Of a stretch of DNA of 64,000 bases, positions 8,837-17,676 are shown piece by piece; within the stretch, counting starts at the first letter, position 1; each line of letters begins with the position of its first letter. The position numbers and the translations under genes were made by a program. This DNA comes from an uncultured Verrucomicrobiota bacterium. GTDB lineage: Bacteria > Verrucomicrobiota > Verrucomicrobiia > Opitutales > UBA9783. Below the pieces are notes generated by a model. That model was given only the letters and a program-made list of their open reading frames with translations, did no database searches and had not been told where the DNA came from. The stretch spans positions 5,087 through 69,086 of the forward strand of contig CAMHMO010000005.1 of NCBI GenBank assembly GCA_946186275.1, written 5' to 3'.

Positions 8837-10033
8837 TTACTTTTGAACGGTGTCGTTTTTATCCGTCGGCGGATTGATGCCGAAGTGTTCGCGAATATCG
8901 TTGAGGCTCAGGGGGATGTTCATTTCGTAAAGGGTTTTCAAAATCGCCAGGTCGTTGTTGAGGTTTTTGTTGGGCGAAGGTTTCAGGTGAAAGTAGGCTT
9001 TAGGGAATTCGGTTTGCTCTAAATGCTTTAAAACAGCCCGATCGACCTGGTCGTTGAGCGTGTCGGAAATCATTTGTGCGTCGTCCTCTTCCAACAGATC
9101 GCGTTCGTTGCGCTGTTGCGTAACGCCGACAGCATTTTCGCGCCCCAGCGTGGTCAAATCCGAACCGCGCCAGAGAGCCGCCATGGCGCGATCCATGCGT
9201 TCCACCAGCTTCGGATACGGCAATTCGCCTTTGCCGGAAATATCGATCGCCTGAATATCCGTTCCGGCGGACATCAATGCATGAAATTCCGCGCCGAAAT
9301 TCTGCACCGCTTCGCGTGCGATTTCCCACTCGGCGGAACCGGGACGCGCCTGCGTAATGCCTTTGACGCCGGGCATGCCGTTGCGCTCGCAGTAAATCAG
9401 CCAATCGCGCAGAGGAAGGTGCTTGAACAGATAGGCAATGGAGCACGATTCCATCAGCCCGTCACCCGTGGTAACGAGCCATTCGTCGCCGGACAACGGA
9501 ATGTCTTTATTACCTTTGTCGCCGACGAAATGCAATTTCCCGTCTTTGTTTTCGAAGAAGAACAGCGGTACGAAACGAAATTCCGCCGTCAACAGCGACC
9601 GATCGTCCTTACGAAAGGACTTGAAGACAATTTCGTGCACGGCGTAACGCTTTCCGACGGCATCCATCATCTGACGGATGAGCAACGGCAGACCGCCGCG
9701 TTCGTTTTCGTCGTAGGCGTTAATGCAGGAAAGGTGATTGTAGAATTGCTCTAAAATCTCCTTCTGCCGCGCGGCTTCTTCGGAATTATCCAATGTGAGG
9801 ATTTCCCAATCGAGGCGCGAAATCGACTTTTTGCGTTTGGAAATCACGCCCTGAAGCAGGTCGTCGCGACGTTCGATGGCGTCCCAAACAAGTGCGGCTT
9901 GGCGCAGTTTGCCGGCGTGGAAATCGTCCAAAATGCGCGCCAGCGACGTCGGCGTCAACGAACGAATGGGGTTCCAGTTCAGTCGCGCGAGGCTGTCGCG
10001 ACGCAACGGCGTTACGTAGGTGTTGGTTTTCAT
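8837..10033 (-). CDS. Portal protein, Mu gp29/DUF935 family (398 aa)
   Basis: LARILDD...IERRDDLLQGVISKRK.SI..LDWEI; W..YCERNGMPGV; GTDIQAI. Start placed at ATG 10033 rather than the ORF-track start 10267. Confidence 0.88.
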   Translation of the reverse strand: MKTNTYVTPLRRDSLARLNWNPIRSLTPTSLARILDDFHAGKLRQAALVWDAIERRDDLLQGVISKRKKSISRLDWEILTLDNSEEAARQKEILEQFYNHLSCINAYDENERGGLPLLIRQMMDAVGKRYAVHEIVFKSFRKDDRSLLTAEFRFVPLFFFENKDGKLHFVGDKGNKDIPLSGDEWLVTTGDGLMESCSIAYLFKHLPLRDWLIYCERNGMPGVKGITQARPGSAEWEIAREAVQNFGAEFHALMSAGTDIQAIDISGKGELPYPKLVERMDRAMAALWRGSDLTTLGRENAVGVTQQRNERDLLEEDDAQMISDTLNDQVDRAVLKHLEQTEFPKAYFHLKPSPNKNLNNDLAILKTLYEMNIPLSLNDIREHFGINPPTDKNDTVQK

Positions 10034-10305
10034 GACAAAACGGAAAAGAAACGTTTGTGAACGGTGGCGGGAACGAAGGCGTTCGCGCATAATGCGTTGC
10101 CGACATTCGACGGATATTGATTTCCGCGGCGTCTTCGCGGCGGCGGCGTTTGGAATTCGGGTGTACTCATAAGATTTAAGAAAGTATCTGGAAACGCGGA
10201 TGCCTTCGTAAGACGGGAGGTTTTTTCGGAAAAACGATTTCCGCGGTCGAATTTCCTGCCGAGGCACTTTATGGCTTCGAACGTTTTATTTTTGTCAGTA
10301 TTCAT
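10030..10305 (-). CDS. Small basic hypothetical protein (91 aa) between terL and portal
   Basis: Fills the gap from ATG 10305; its TGA overlaps the portal ATG (ATGA at 10030-10033). Confidence 0.4.
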   Translation of the reverse strand: MNTDKNKTFEAIKCLGRKFDRGNRFSEKTSRLTKASAFPDTFLNLMSTPEFQTPPPRRRRGNQYPSNVGNALCANAFVPATVHKRFFSVLS

Positions 10306-10319
10306 GGTGTCAAAGGTGT

Positions 10320-11642
10320 TCAGAAGCAGGCGGTCGGTCGTTGAAAATGAAACAGTTCGGCAACAGCACTTGATGAAGACTGCTTTCGGTCGGCATGCAG
10401 AGCCAGAGCCAATGCCCAAAAGCGGTCGGCGTGTCCGTCGGCACCGTGTTGTGCCGTCAGTTTCATATCCTCCGAGATGCGAACGGCAAGCAGATCGGAA
10501 ATCAGCTTTTCGTCGCACGGAAGGCGCAGGGTTCGTTGTTCGATGTGTGTTTTCAAATTGTAGGCGAGCGTTTCTTTGGTGCTTTGCGTGAATTGGATGC
10601 CTTCAACGGCAGTACCGAAACGTGCCTGTGCGCGTTCCAGGAATTGTCGCCCGATGCCCGTTTGATCCACGCAGACGCGTTGAACGTTAAAATTGCGAAA
10701 TAAACGTTCGAAGAGGGCTTCCTGTTCGTCGAAGCGCGCGTTTTTCAGGCACTGCACGTGACGGAGAAAGAATATGTTTTCGACTTTCTCAACCAAAACG
10801 AAGGCACTCAAATCCTGTGTTCGTGCGAGGTCAACGCCCATCAGTGCCGTTCCGTTCGTCCACGAGCGCCAATCGCAATTCTTATCGTAAAAGCACCGTT
10901 CCAGGGCTTCGTAGGAGAGAAGCGTCGAGGCGTCTTCCATCGGTTGACACATGTATTCCTGCAGAAAGGCTTTTTCGGTGGCGCAGGAATTTTTGATAAA
11001 ATTGTAATAATCGCCTTCATCCATGGTTTGGCGCGGGTCGTCGGGCGGAAGTTTGGCCTTGAGTTTTTGCAAAAATCCCTGTTCCAATGCGTCCGATAAC
11101 GTGACGCGATGCAGGGAAATACCCTTCGGATTACCGCCGTTGCGCGCTTCCTCAATGAGACGATTGAAGAAATTGTGTGCGCCGCGGTGCGTGGAAATCA
11201 TCTCCAACTGCCCGCCCCAGGTAATGCCCGGGTAGGCGACGTTGTAGAGGGCTTCCGGGTCTTCGTGCAGGGCGAATTCGTCCAAAATCCTCGACCCGCG
11301 CTTGCCGGCTTGGGCATTGATGTTGGAAGAAATCAATGTCAACGTACTGCCGTTGTTGAGGCGCAGGATTGTCCGTTGTTCCGATTGTTTTCCGATCAGC
11401 TTTTCCTTGTACGCCTGATTGAGAACGGACGCGAAGGCTTTGCAGTCGTTGAGGAACAACTGCGCCTGTTGCAGATCGCGGGAACAAATCCAAACGTGCG
11501 TTCTCGGATGAACGGCGGCATTTCGCAAGGCACGGTATGCCGTTGACCACGAGAGACCGATTTGTCGGGATTTTTCCATAATTTTGATACGCGCGTCGTC
11601 GCGGATCCAGCGTACCTGATAGGGGAGAAAGAACGGCGTCAT
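10320..11642 (-). CDS. Terminase large subunit, Mu gp28-like
   Basis: FLPYQVRWI.D, EKSRQIGLSW (Walker A region), ILDEFA (Walker B), ISTHRG, MGVDLART, VDQTGIG and GHADRFWALALA (nuclease). Confidence 0.93.
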   Translation of the reverse strand: MTPFFLPYQVRWIRDDARIKIMEKSRQIGLSWSTAYRALRNAAVHPRTHVWICSRDLQQAQLFLNDCKAFASVLNQAYKEKLIGKQSEQRTILRLNNGSTLTLISSNINAQAGKRGSRILDEFALHEDPEALYNVAYPGITWGGQLEMISTHRGAHNFFNRLIEEARNGGNPKGISLHRVTLSDALEQGFLQKLKAKLPPDDPRQTMDEGDYYNFIKNSCATEKAFLQEYMCQPMEDASTLLSYEALERCFYDKNCDWRSWTNGTALMGVDLARTQDLSAFVLVEKVENIFFLRHVQCLKNARFDEQEALFERLFRNFNVQRVCVDQTGIGRQFLERAQARFGTAVEGIQFTQSTKETLAYNLKTHIEQRTLRLPCDEKLISDLLAVRISEDMKLTAQHGADGHADRFWALALALHADRKQSSSSAVAELFHFQRPTACF

Positions 11643-11974
11643 AACATTTGAAGTTGATCTTCAATATCTTTGAGAACGTCTTCCGACAAAGCCCATGCGT
11701 TGTTGTCGGCGTTTTCTGGATTGGATTTTTGGCACACGGCAAACAGCTGTCGGTAGGTTTGCAGGAGCTTGTGAAGAATGCCCGTCAGTTCTTTTACCGT
11801 ACTTAAGTCCGATTGGGTTTCGTCGACGCACAAACGATCGAAAATGCGTTCCCAAAGCAGTCCCATGGATTGTTCCGCGATATTCATTTGTTCGAGGAGA
11901 GAAGCTGTATTTTTGGCGCGCTGAATGCGTTGCAGGTGCTCCTTAAAGGCGATCGGCGTTTCTTCGTTCATCAT
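11639..11974 (-). CDS. Putative terminase small subunit, Mu gp27-like
   Basis: Directly upstream of terL with ATGA overlap; C-terminus LSEDVLKDIEDQLQML resembles gp27/DUF3486-type tails. Confidence 0.6.
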   Translation of the reverse strand: MMNEETPIAFKEHLQRIQRAKNTASLLEQMNIAEQSMGLLWERIFDRLCVDETQSDLSTVKELTGILHKLLQTYRQLFAVCQKSNPENADNNAWALSEDVLKDIEDQLQML

Positions 11975-12227
11975 TGAGAAAATCAATTCCTTTAACGGAT
12001 AATTTGTAGCGTCGGTGTTGCGGACAAAGTTCGTTCGGAACGAGCTCCACGAAGTCTTTGGCATGCAAATACGCCAGCTCCTTTTCCAAAAACCGCCGTC
12101 GGATGCGCAGCCCCGAGAGAAACAGCCCCAATTTGAGGGTTTTCATCGGCAGCGAATGCGGATAAGCGGCGTCCAGTTGCAACAACAGCGTGCGTCGGAC
12201 AAATTCGTTGAGAACAAATTCAATCAT
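11943..12227 (-). CDS. Winged-helix protein, Mu gp26-like
   Basis: 94 aa: RRTLLLQL...LEKELAYLHAKDFV...YKLSVKGIDF; gp26 position upstream of terS. Confidence 0.6.
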   Translation of the reverse strand: MIEFVLNEFVRRTLLLQLDAAYPHSLPMKTLKLGLFLSGLRIRRRFLEKELAYLHAKDFVELVPNELCPQHRRYKLSVKGIDFLNDERRNADRL

Positions 12228-12236
12228 AAAAATCCT

Positions 12237-12689
12237 TTAATGTTTCAAATCTACAAGCGCGCTTCCGAAGTACAGCCCGACGATGGCGGAGAGCAGATGC
12301 GTATCGAGCGGCGTGATGACGAGCCCGTTCAGCTGAACCCAGTGGAGTTTTTCGTAAGCGGAGGAGAAGAACAGAAATCCGCCCGAGCGTTGCGAATAAC
12401 CGACCGAAATCGGAACGTTCGGGTAAAAGACGGCAATCAGTTTCGGCCAGGCAATGACGAAGAAGACTGCGATAAACGCGATAAAGCGCCGCGTCAGTTG
12501 CAAACCCGACGCTTTACGCGCACTGACGACGGTATGTTCGAGGGCGCGCGTTCGGCAGAGGCGCATCAGATGTTCGCGGTGATGCGCCATCATGAAGAAA
12601 CTGAGTAAGCGGATTCCGCTGCCGAGAAGCGACGATCCGAGCAGCGAAACCAGTTCCGAGGGGAGGGGTGTTGAGGCGAAGGTGTTCAT
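12237..12689 (-). CDS. Phage-type membrane protein (putative holin-like)
   Basis: Hydrophobic segments; TRRFIA...PKLIAVFYP...GLVITPLDTHLLSAIVGLYFG resembles uncharacterised phage membrane proteins; first gene of the cluster (lysis-gene position in Mu). Confidence 0.5.
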   Translation of the reverse strand: MNTFASTPLPSELVSLLGSSLLGSGIRLLSFFMMAHHREHLMRLCRTRALEHTVVSARKASGLQLTRRFIAFIAVFFVIAWPKLIAVFYPNVPISVGYSQRSGGFLFFSSAYEKLHWVQLNGLVITPLDTHLLSAIVGLYFGSALVDLKH

Positions 12690-12920
12690 GTGCCCCGAGT
12701 GTATCGAAAAATGCCGAAATCCCCAACGCTTGCATGGGCTGCAGCCCGTTCTGTTGGCTGGTTGGAGTGGATTGCGTTACGCGGGATGAGGTTTTGGAAA
12801 ATTGATCGAAAAAGACAAAAAGTCGACCCGAAAACGGTTTGGAAAATCGGTCGGTTTTAACACCGAAAAAGGCGTTTTCGATGAAAAGGTAAATTTTCTC
12901 AAAAAAAACCTAAAAAACAC

Positions 12921-12947
12921 TTGACTCTCTCTCTCTCTCTCTCTAAT
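12921..12947 (+). promoter_or_regulatory. Sigma70-type promoter whose spacer is a CT repeat
   Basis: TTGACT (12921-26), 15-bp spacer, TCTAAT (12942-47); ATG follows at 12954. Confidence 0.6.
12925..12944 (+). repeat. (CT)10 dinucleotide repeat
   Basis: Read directly from the sequence. Confidence 0.97.
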
Positions 12948-12953
12948 GGAGGC

Positions 12954-13733
12954 ATGAATGGGAAATGTTTATGCCTTATCGGCGGTTTGGGGGTTGTCGG
13001 AATGTCGGCGATTACGGGATTAAAAGCATCGGACGGCGGTTCGGAGGTTGACTACGGTCGGGAATGGAACCCGTACGTGACGGTACGCGGCGGATGGCTG
13101 TTCGGGAAAGCGAAATACAACGATTACGTAACTTTTGGAAATACAGTCGATCATAGTATCAAAAAGAGCATTAAAAATGCCTGGTCGGGTTCGGCGGAGC
13201 TCGGTACATCTTACGACGATCGTGTTTTTGTCGGCTTGGAGTTGGGATATTTTACGGGAAAGATGAAGGATGTTGCGGGCGGTTGTTCGATTCTCGCAGG
13301 AGGGAACAGAGTTGATATGGAATGGAAAGGGAACGGTAAAATAGAAAATTATTTCGGTGCCTGCAATGTAACCCTGCGGCACGATGTCGGAGAGCGGGCA
13401 TTTTTATACGGCGGCGTCGGAGCGGGTATCGCGCGATCGCGGTGTTCTTACGATTTGAATGTAAGGGTGACGGTGACGATTCCGCCGGCACCCGCGGTTA
13501 CCGCAGATGAGCCCGAGGGAGGCGGAAAAGACAAGTGGCGGTTTCTCGGGCAGATGTTTGCGGGAATCGGTGTATGTCTCAATGAAAATTGGCAATTAAC
13601 AGCGGGCTATCGTTTGCGGTATATACCCGGAAGTTTTCATTGGGACGGAAAAAATGATGCATTGGAAGTCGGCTTTTCGGTCAAGCAGGATATTGTTCAC
13701 GCCGCAGAGATCGGGCTGACGTATCTGTTTTAA
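12954..13733 (+). CDS. Outer-membrane beta-barrel protein (opacity/OMP_b-brl-like), paralog 1
   Basis: Signal peptide, amphipathic strands, AGYRLRY and C-terminal EIGLTYLF with terminal Phe. Confidence 0.85.
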   Translation: MNGKCLCLIGGLGVVGMSAITGLKASDGGSEVDYGREWNPYVTVRGGWLFGKAKYNDYVTFGNTVDHSIKKSIKNAWSGSAELGTSYDDRVFVGLELGYFTGKMKDVAGGCSILAGGNRVDMEWKGNGKIENYFGACNVTLRHDVGERAFLYGGVGAGIARSRCSYDLNVRVTVTIPPAPAVTADEPEGGGKDKWRFLGQMFAGIGVCLNENWQLTAGYRLRYIPGSFHWDGKNDALEVGFSVKQDIVHAAEIGLTYLF

Positions 13734-13814
13734 CGCCATCCCTTTACGGGGCTACCGAAGCGCGGGCACTGTGATGTGTCCGCGCCTTGTGTGTTTTTTC
13801 TCTAAATTTCCCTT

Positions 13815-14150
13815 TTATCCTCCGATGCACACTTCTTTGCGCTTGGTTTTCATCAGGCGCGTGCGGTTTCGCAGTTTTCGCAGGAGTTTTTCCTCCAAAT
13901 CGTCGATGGCGTTGTACAAATTGTCCGAAAATGTCGAAACGATGAAGTTTGGTCCGCGGAGCTCGATGATGCCTTTGGCTTCGAAAGCATTTTGGTCTTT
14001 TTTGTCGACATCCTTCGTGAGTTCCACGCGAACGCGGATAATATCGGGTTCGTGACGGAAAAGTTTGTTCATTTTCTCGTGCACGACCGATTTAATGGCT
14101 TCGGTCAGTTCAAAATGAACGCCGGTAATGATAACGGAAGCGGTATCCAT
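13815..14150 (-). CDS. hpf: Ribosome hibernation factor (HPF/RaiA)
   Basis: ITGVHFELTEAIK...KMNKL...NLYNAIDDLEEKLLRKLR. Confidence 0.9.
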   Translation of the reverse strand: MDTASVIITGVHFELTEAIKSVVHEKMNKLFRHEPDIIRVRVELTKDVDKKDQNAFEAKGIIELRGPNFIVSTFSDNLYNAIDDLEEKLLRKLRNRTRLMKTKRKEVCIGG

Positions 14151-14176
14151 GCCTGTATGTGAAGCAGATTTTGTGC

Positions 14177-15158
14177 CTACATTTCGATAAAAATGCCGAG
14201 CGTATGTTTTATTTCCGACGGTCGTGGCGCGGAGCCGTCGGACATTTCGCGGGCATATTTTAAAATTGCACGTACCAGATTATCTCTTTCGGCAGACGGA
14301 GTGTTGTAACGAACGTAAACGCTGCGCAAGAGGTATTCGAAGCAGTTGGCACGGAACCGTGCTTTAATTTCTTCCTTTAAACGATCTCCGCAGGTTGCAT
14401 CAAAACCGTCAACGCACTTATTGAAACAGGTTGTCACGGAATTGATGAAATCCTCCATTTTTTTGGAGCTGAATTGCATTGTGTGCGGAACCATGACCGA
14501 ATACAGAACGGTTGATCAGGAACCGTCGGATGCCTGTGCGGCAAGGTACCACGGATCCTTATGAAGTTCGTTGGCAAGTATGTCGGATTTTTTAAGATCA
14601 TACCAGGAACGAATGCCGGTGCGTACAATTTCCGTGATTTCATCGGTTATGTCGAAAATCTTTGCGCAAGCCTGCACATATCCCTGAAACAAGGGCTCGG
14701 CTTTGCGAAAAACTGTTAAAGTTGTGTCGGAAAGATGCCGGAAGTTTGACTTTGATGCGTCCGGCGGGTTTGTGAGTTCGCATTGTATTTTATCGAAGGA
14801 CCACCGCGAAAGATTATAAAAACCAAAGATATCCCCGCGACGCCTTTGCCCGGACGGGTTCCCGTAACCGCCGGTGTCGATTTTGGTTCGAATTTCCTCA
14901 AATGACAGCGCATCTTTTTCTAAAAAAGTAAGCAAATCCCGCATGAGAGCGACGGCAAGTTTGTGAAGATTTTTAAGGATTTTGTCTTCGTAATCATTGG
15001 AGAGTTTTTGAATCTTTTGCAACAGCTCTTCCGACGAAATCGAAACTGCGAAGTTGTTGAAGATCTTTAAGTACGATTTCCCGGAGCGGGCGCGTTGCCG
15101 AACAGGGCGCAATAAACGACAACAACATCGAGAAAAGCAGGAAAATTCTCAATTTCAC
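14177..15158 (-). pseudogene. Interrupted gene for a secreted protein (one frameshift and one in-frame TGA)
   Basis: Signal-peptide frame from GTG 15158 (MKLRIFLLFSMLLSFIAPCSA) stops at 14994. ORF 14516-15112 lies in the +1 frame. Its TGA (14516-18) is followed in frame (STVLYSV) by ORF 14177-14494. Confidence 0.5.
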
Positions 15159-15383
15159 TTTTCTATACCCTCACCATATGAAATGTGCAAAAGGTGTCAA
15201 TCGAATAGGAATTATTTCGTATTTTACGGAAAATTTTTCCGAAATACGGTTTGTCGGATATGGCATTGAGGGAAGTTGTCTACCCATATAGGCATGGAAA
15301 GCTTTTGTGTTGCCGACGTTGAAGACAACTGTACGGCGGCGAAATTTTTATGAAAAATGCGGTTGTTTTCCGCAAAAAAACGC

Positions 15384-15412
15384 TTGACGGTCTTTTTAAA
15401 TGCCTCAACAGT
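15384..15412 (+). promoter_or_regulatory. Candidate promoter for tRNA-Thr/tuf
   Basis: A-tract, TTGACG, 17-bp spacer, AACAGT. Confidence 0.4.
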
Positions 15413-15454
15413 GGAGGAGCATAGCTTTTGTGAAAGCCGAAAGCGGCGGAACGT

Positions 15455-15530
15455 GCCCTTGTAGCTCAGTCGGCAGAGCGCGTCCTTGGTAAGGACGAGG
15501 TCGGCGGTTCAAGTCCGCTCGGGGGCTCCA
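15455..15530 (+). tRNA. tRNA-Thr(GGT)
   Basis: Cloverleaf, anticodon loop TTGGTAA, TTCAAGT T-loop, encoded CCA. Confidence 0.96.
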
Positions 15531-15566
15531 CGATCGGAAGCGTGCGTCGGGAACTTTATTTTTGAT

Positions 15567-16757
15567 ATGGCGAAGGAAACATTCACTCGAACGAAGCCCC
15601 ACGTGAACGTGGGAACGATTGGTCACGTGGACCACGGTAAAACAACGTTGACGACGGCGCTCCTGAAGGTGCAGGCCGATAAAGGTTTGGCGCAGGTAAA
15701 GTCTTACGCGGAAATCGCGAAAGGCGGTACGGTGCGCGATGCGTCGAAAATTGTGACGATTGCGGTTTCGCACGTCGAATACGAGACGCCGAACCGTCAC
15801 TATGCGCACGTAGACTGCCCGGGGCACGCGGACTTTGTTAAAAACATGATTACCGGTGCCGCGCAGATGGACGGCGCGATTTTGGTGGTCAGTGCCTACG
15901 ACGGTCCGATGCCGCAAACGCGCGAGCACATTCTTTTGGCGCGCCAAGTCGGGGTTCCCAACATCGTTGTTTTTCTCAATAAAGTGGATTTGGTCGACGA
16001 TGCCGAAATGTTAGATTTGGTCGAGGTAGAGGTTCGCGATCTGTTGAAGAAGTACGAATATCCCGGCGATGACATTACCGTTATTCGCGGTTCGGCTCTG
16101 GGGGCTTTGGAAGGGAAGCCGGAAGCGGTGGAGTCTGTTTCGAAATTGTTGGAGGCGTTGGATAAGGATATTCCGGAGCCGAAGCACGATTTGGATAAGC
16201 CTTTCTTAATGTCCATTGAGGATGTTTTCAGCATTACGGGTCGCGGTACCGTGGTGACGGGTCGTATCGAGCGCGGCGTCATCAAGGTCAATGACGAAGT
16301 TGAGATTGTCGGTTTGGGCGAAACCCGTAAGACGGTTTGTACCGGTGTCGAAATGTTCCGTAAGTTGCTGGATCAGGGGCAGGCGGGCGATAACGTCGGC
16401 GTTTTGTTGCGCGGTATTGAAAAGAAGGATGTGGAGCGCGGTCAGGTGCTGGCGAAACCCGGTTCGATTACGCCGCACACGAAGGCAAAGGCCGAGATTT
16501 ACGTTTTGACAAAGGACGAAGGCGGTCGTCATACGCCGTTCTTTAAGGGGTATCGTCCTCAATTCTTCTTCGGAACCGCCGATGTCACGGGTGTTTGCGA
16601 ATTGCCGGAAGGTACCGAAATGGTGATGCCTGGTGACAATCTCGGCATTACGATTGAACTCGGAAAGCCGATTGCGATGGAGAAAGGACAGCGTTTCGCC
16701 ATGCGCGAAGGCGGTCGTACCATCGGTGCCGGTCGTATCACGGAAATTTTGAAGTAA
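15567..16757 (+). CDS. tuf: Elongation factor Tu
   Basis: [19 protein letters not shown]; PVC-type effector loop. Confidence 0.99.
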   Translation: MAKETFTRTKPHVNVGTIGHVDHGKTTLTTALLKVQADKGLAQVKSYAEIAKGGTVRDASKIVTIAVSHVEYETPNRHYAHVDCPGHADFVKNMITGAAQMDGAILVVSAYDGPMPQTREHILLARQVGVPNIVVFLNKVDLVDDAEMLDLVEVEVRDLLKKYEYPGDDITVIRGSALGALEGKPEAVESVSKLLEALDKDIPEPKHDLDKPFLMSIEDVFSITGRGTVVTGRIERGVIKVNDEVEIVGLGETRKTVCTGVEMFRKLLDQGQAGDNVGVLLRGIEKKDVERGQVLAKPGSITPHTKAKAEIYVLTKDEGGRHTPFFKGYRPQFFFGTADVTGVCELPEGTEMVMPGDNLGITIELGKPIAMEKGQRFAMREGGRTIGAGRITEILK

Positions 16758-16805
16758 GAAATTTTTGTTGACAAAGGCAAAGTTCTTTTGAATGTTTTTC
16801 TTAGT

Positions 16806-16881
16806 AGGGGAATAGCGCAATTGGTAGAGTAGCGGTCTCCAAAACCGTCGGTTGGGGGTTCGAGTCCCTCTTCCCCTGCCA
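16806..16881 (+). tRNA. tRNA-Trp(CCA)
   Basis: Cloverleaf, loop CTCCAAA, encoded CCA; upstream of secE. Confidence 0.96.
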
Positions 16882-16892
16882 GGTTTCGTCGT

Positions 16893-17096
16893 ATGAAGTG
16901 GTTGAAAAAAGCGCGCACGTTTTGTCGGGAAATGATCGGGGAGCTGAAAAAGGCTTCCTGGCCCGGTTGGCGGGAATTGCGCCAATCCACCGTGAAGGTT
17001 TTGGTCGGCATTATTCTGTTGGGTGTGTTTGTGGGAGCCGTCGACATGTCGCTGTATCACATGGTGGATTTGTTGATGCATTGCGTGGGGCGTTAG
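16893..17096 (+). CDS. secE: Preprotein translocase subunit SecE
   Basis: ELKKASWPGWREL followed by one TM segment. Confidence 0.92.
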   Translation: MKWLKKARTFCREMIGELKKASWPGWRELRQSTVKVLVGIILLGVFVGAVDMSLYHMVDLLMHCVGR

Positions 17097-17100
17097 GGAA

Positions 17101-17673
17101 ATGACGGATACGCAAACGGACGATTTTAAATGGTACGCGGTGCGAACGCTGACGAACCAGGAGTTGAAGGTGAAGCGTTTTATCGATCAGGCGTGCGAGG
17201 CGGGTACGTTAAAAGATTGTGTTAAGCAGGTGCTGGTGCCGACGAAAACCGTTTTGGAGGTGAAAAACGGGAAAAAGACAAGTCGCACCGCCAAGTTTTT
17301 TCCGGGATACGTCTTTCTGTGCATGAAACTTTACGACGAAGGCGGCGAGTTTTTGCAGGATACGGCTTCGTTTGTCCGTCGCATTCAGGGCGTAACGGGC
17401 TTTATGGGCGGTGATAACCGTCCGGTTCCGATGAAGCCGTCGGAGGCGGAAGCGTTGCTGGGGCAGGCGGAAGAAAATCAAGGGAAAAAAGTTTTAAAGG
17501 CGGATTACGAGGTCGGCGGAAAGGTAAAGGTGACCGACGGCGCGTTTGTCGGGTCTTCGGCGGTGATTGATGAAGTGGATGCCGAGAAGGGGCGTTTGCG
17601 CGTTTCGGTATCGATTTTCGGTCGTTCTACGCCGGTGGAGTTGGAGTATTGGCAGGTACGGAAGGAAAATTAA
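17101..17673 (+). CDS. nusG: Transcription factor NusG
   Basis: WYAVRT, FFPGYVF, KOW domain, SIFGRSTPVEL. Confidence 0.97.
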   Translation: MTDTQTDDFKWYAVRTLTNQELKVKRFIDQACEAGTLKDCVKQVLVPTKTVLEVKNGKKTSRTAKFFPGYVFLCMKLYDEGGEFLQDTASFVRRIQGVTGFMGGDNRPVPMKPSEAEALLGQAEENQGKKVLKADYEVGGKVKVTDGAFVGSSAVIDEVDAEKGRLRVSVSIFGRSTPVELEYWQVRKEN

Positions 17674-17676
17674 AGG

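Larger units (their letters stand above)
2350..12689 (-). mobile_element. Mu-like phage-derived head/tail-tip gene cluster (cryptic prophage remnant or GTA-like domesticated element)
   Basis: 15 co-directional ORFs in Mu late-gene order: membrane protein, gp26-like, terS, terL, small ORF, portal, protease, cement, capsid, gp36-like, gp37-like, tail-tip genes. No integrase, transposase or replication gene and no att repeats seen. Confidence 0.85.

Noticed and set aside
8837-10267. ORF-track portal start at 10267 (476 aa)
   Set aside because: The portal-like sequence begins at ATG 10033; the extension overlaps a separate coupled small ORF.
2305-12870. CGGTCGG(A)TTTT near both ends of the phage-like cluster (about 2306 and 12856) as att sites or a Mu target duplication
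   Set aside because: Only 7 bp are exact, which is expected by chance, and no TG...CA ends or transposase boxes could be identified.
14516-14518. In-frame TGA as evidence for an alternative genetic code or selenocysteine
   Set aside because: TGA terminates conserved genes here (lspA, rpsS, rplX, rpsK) and no SECIS-like context was seen.
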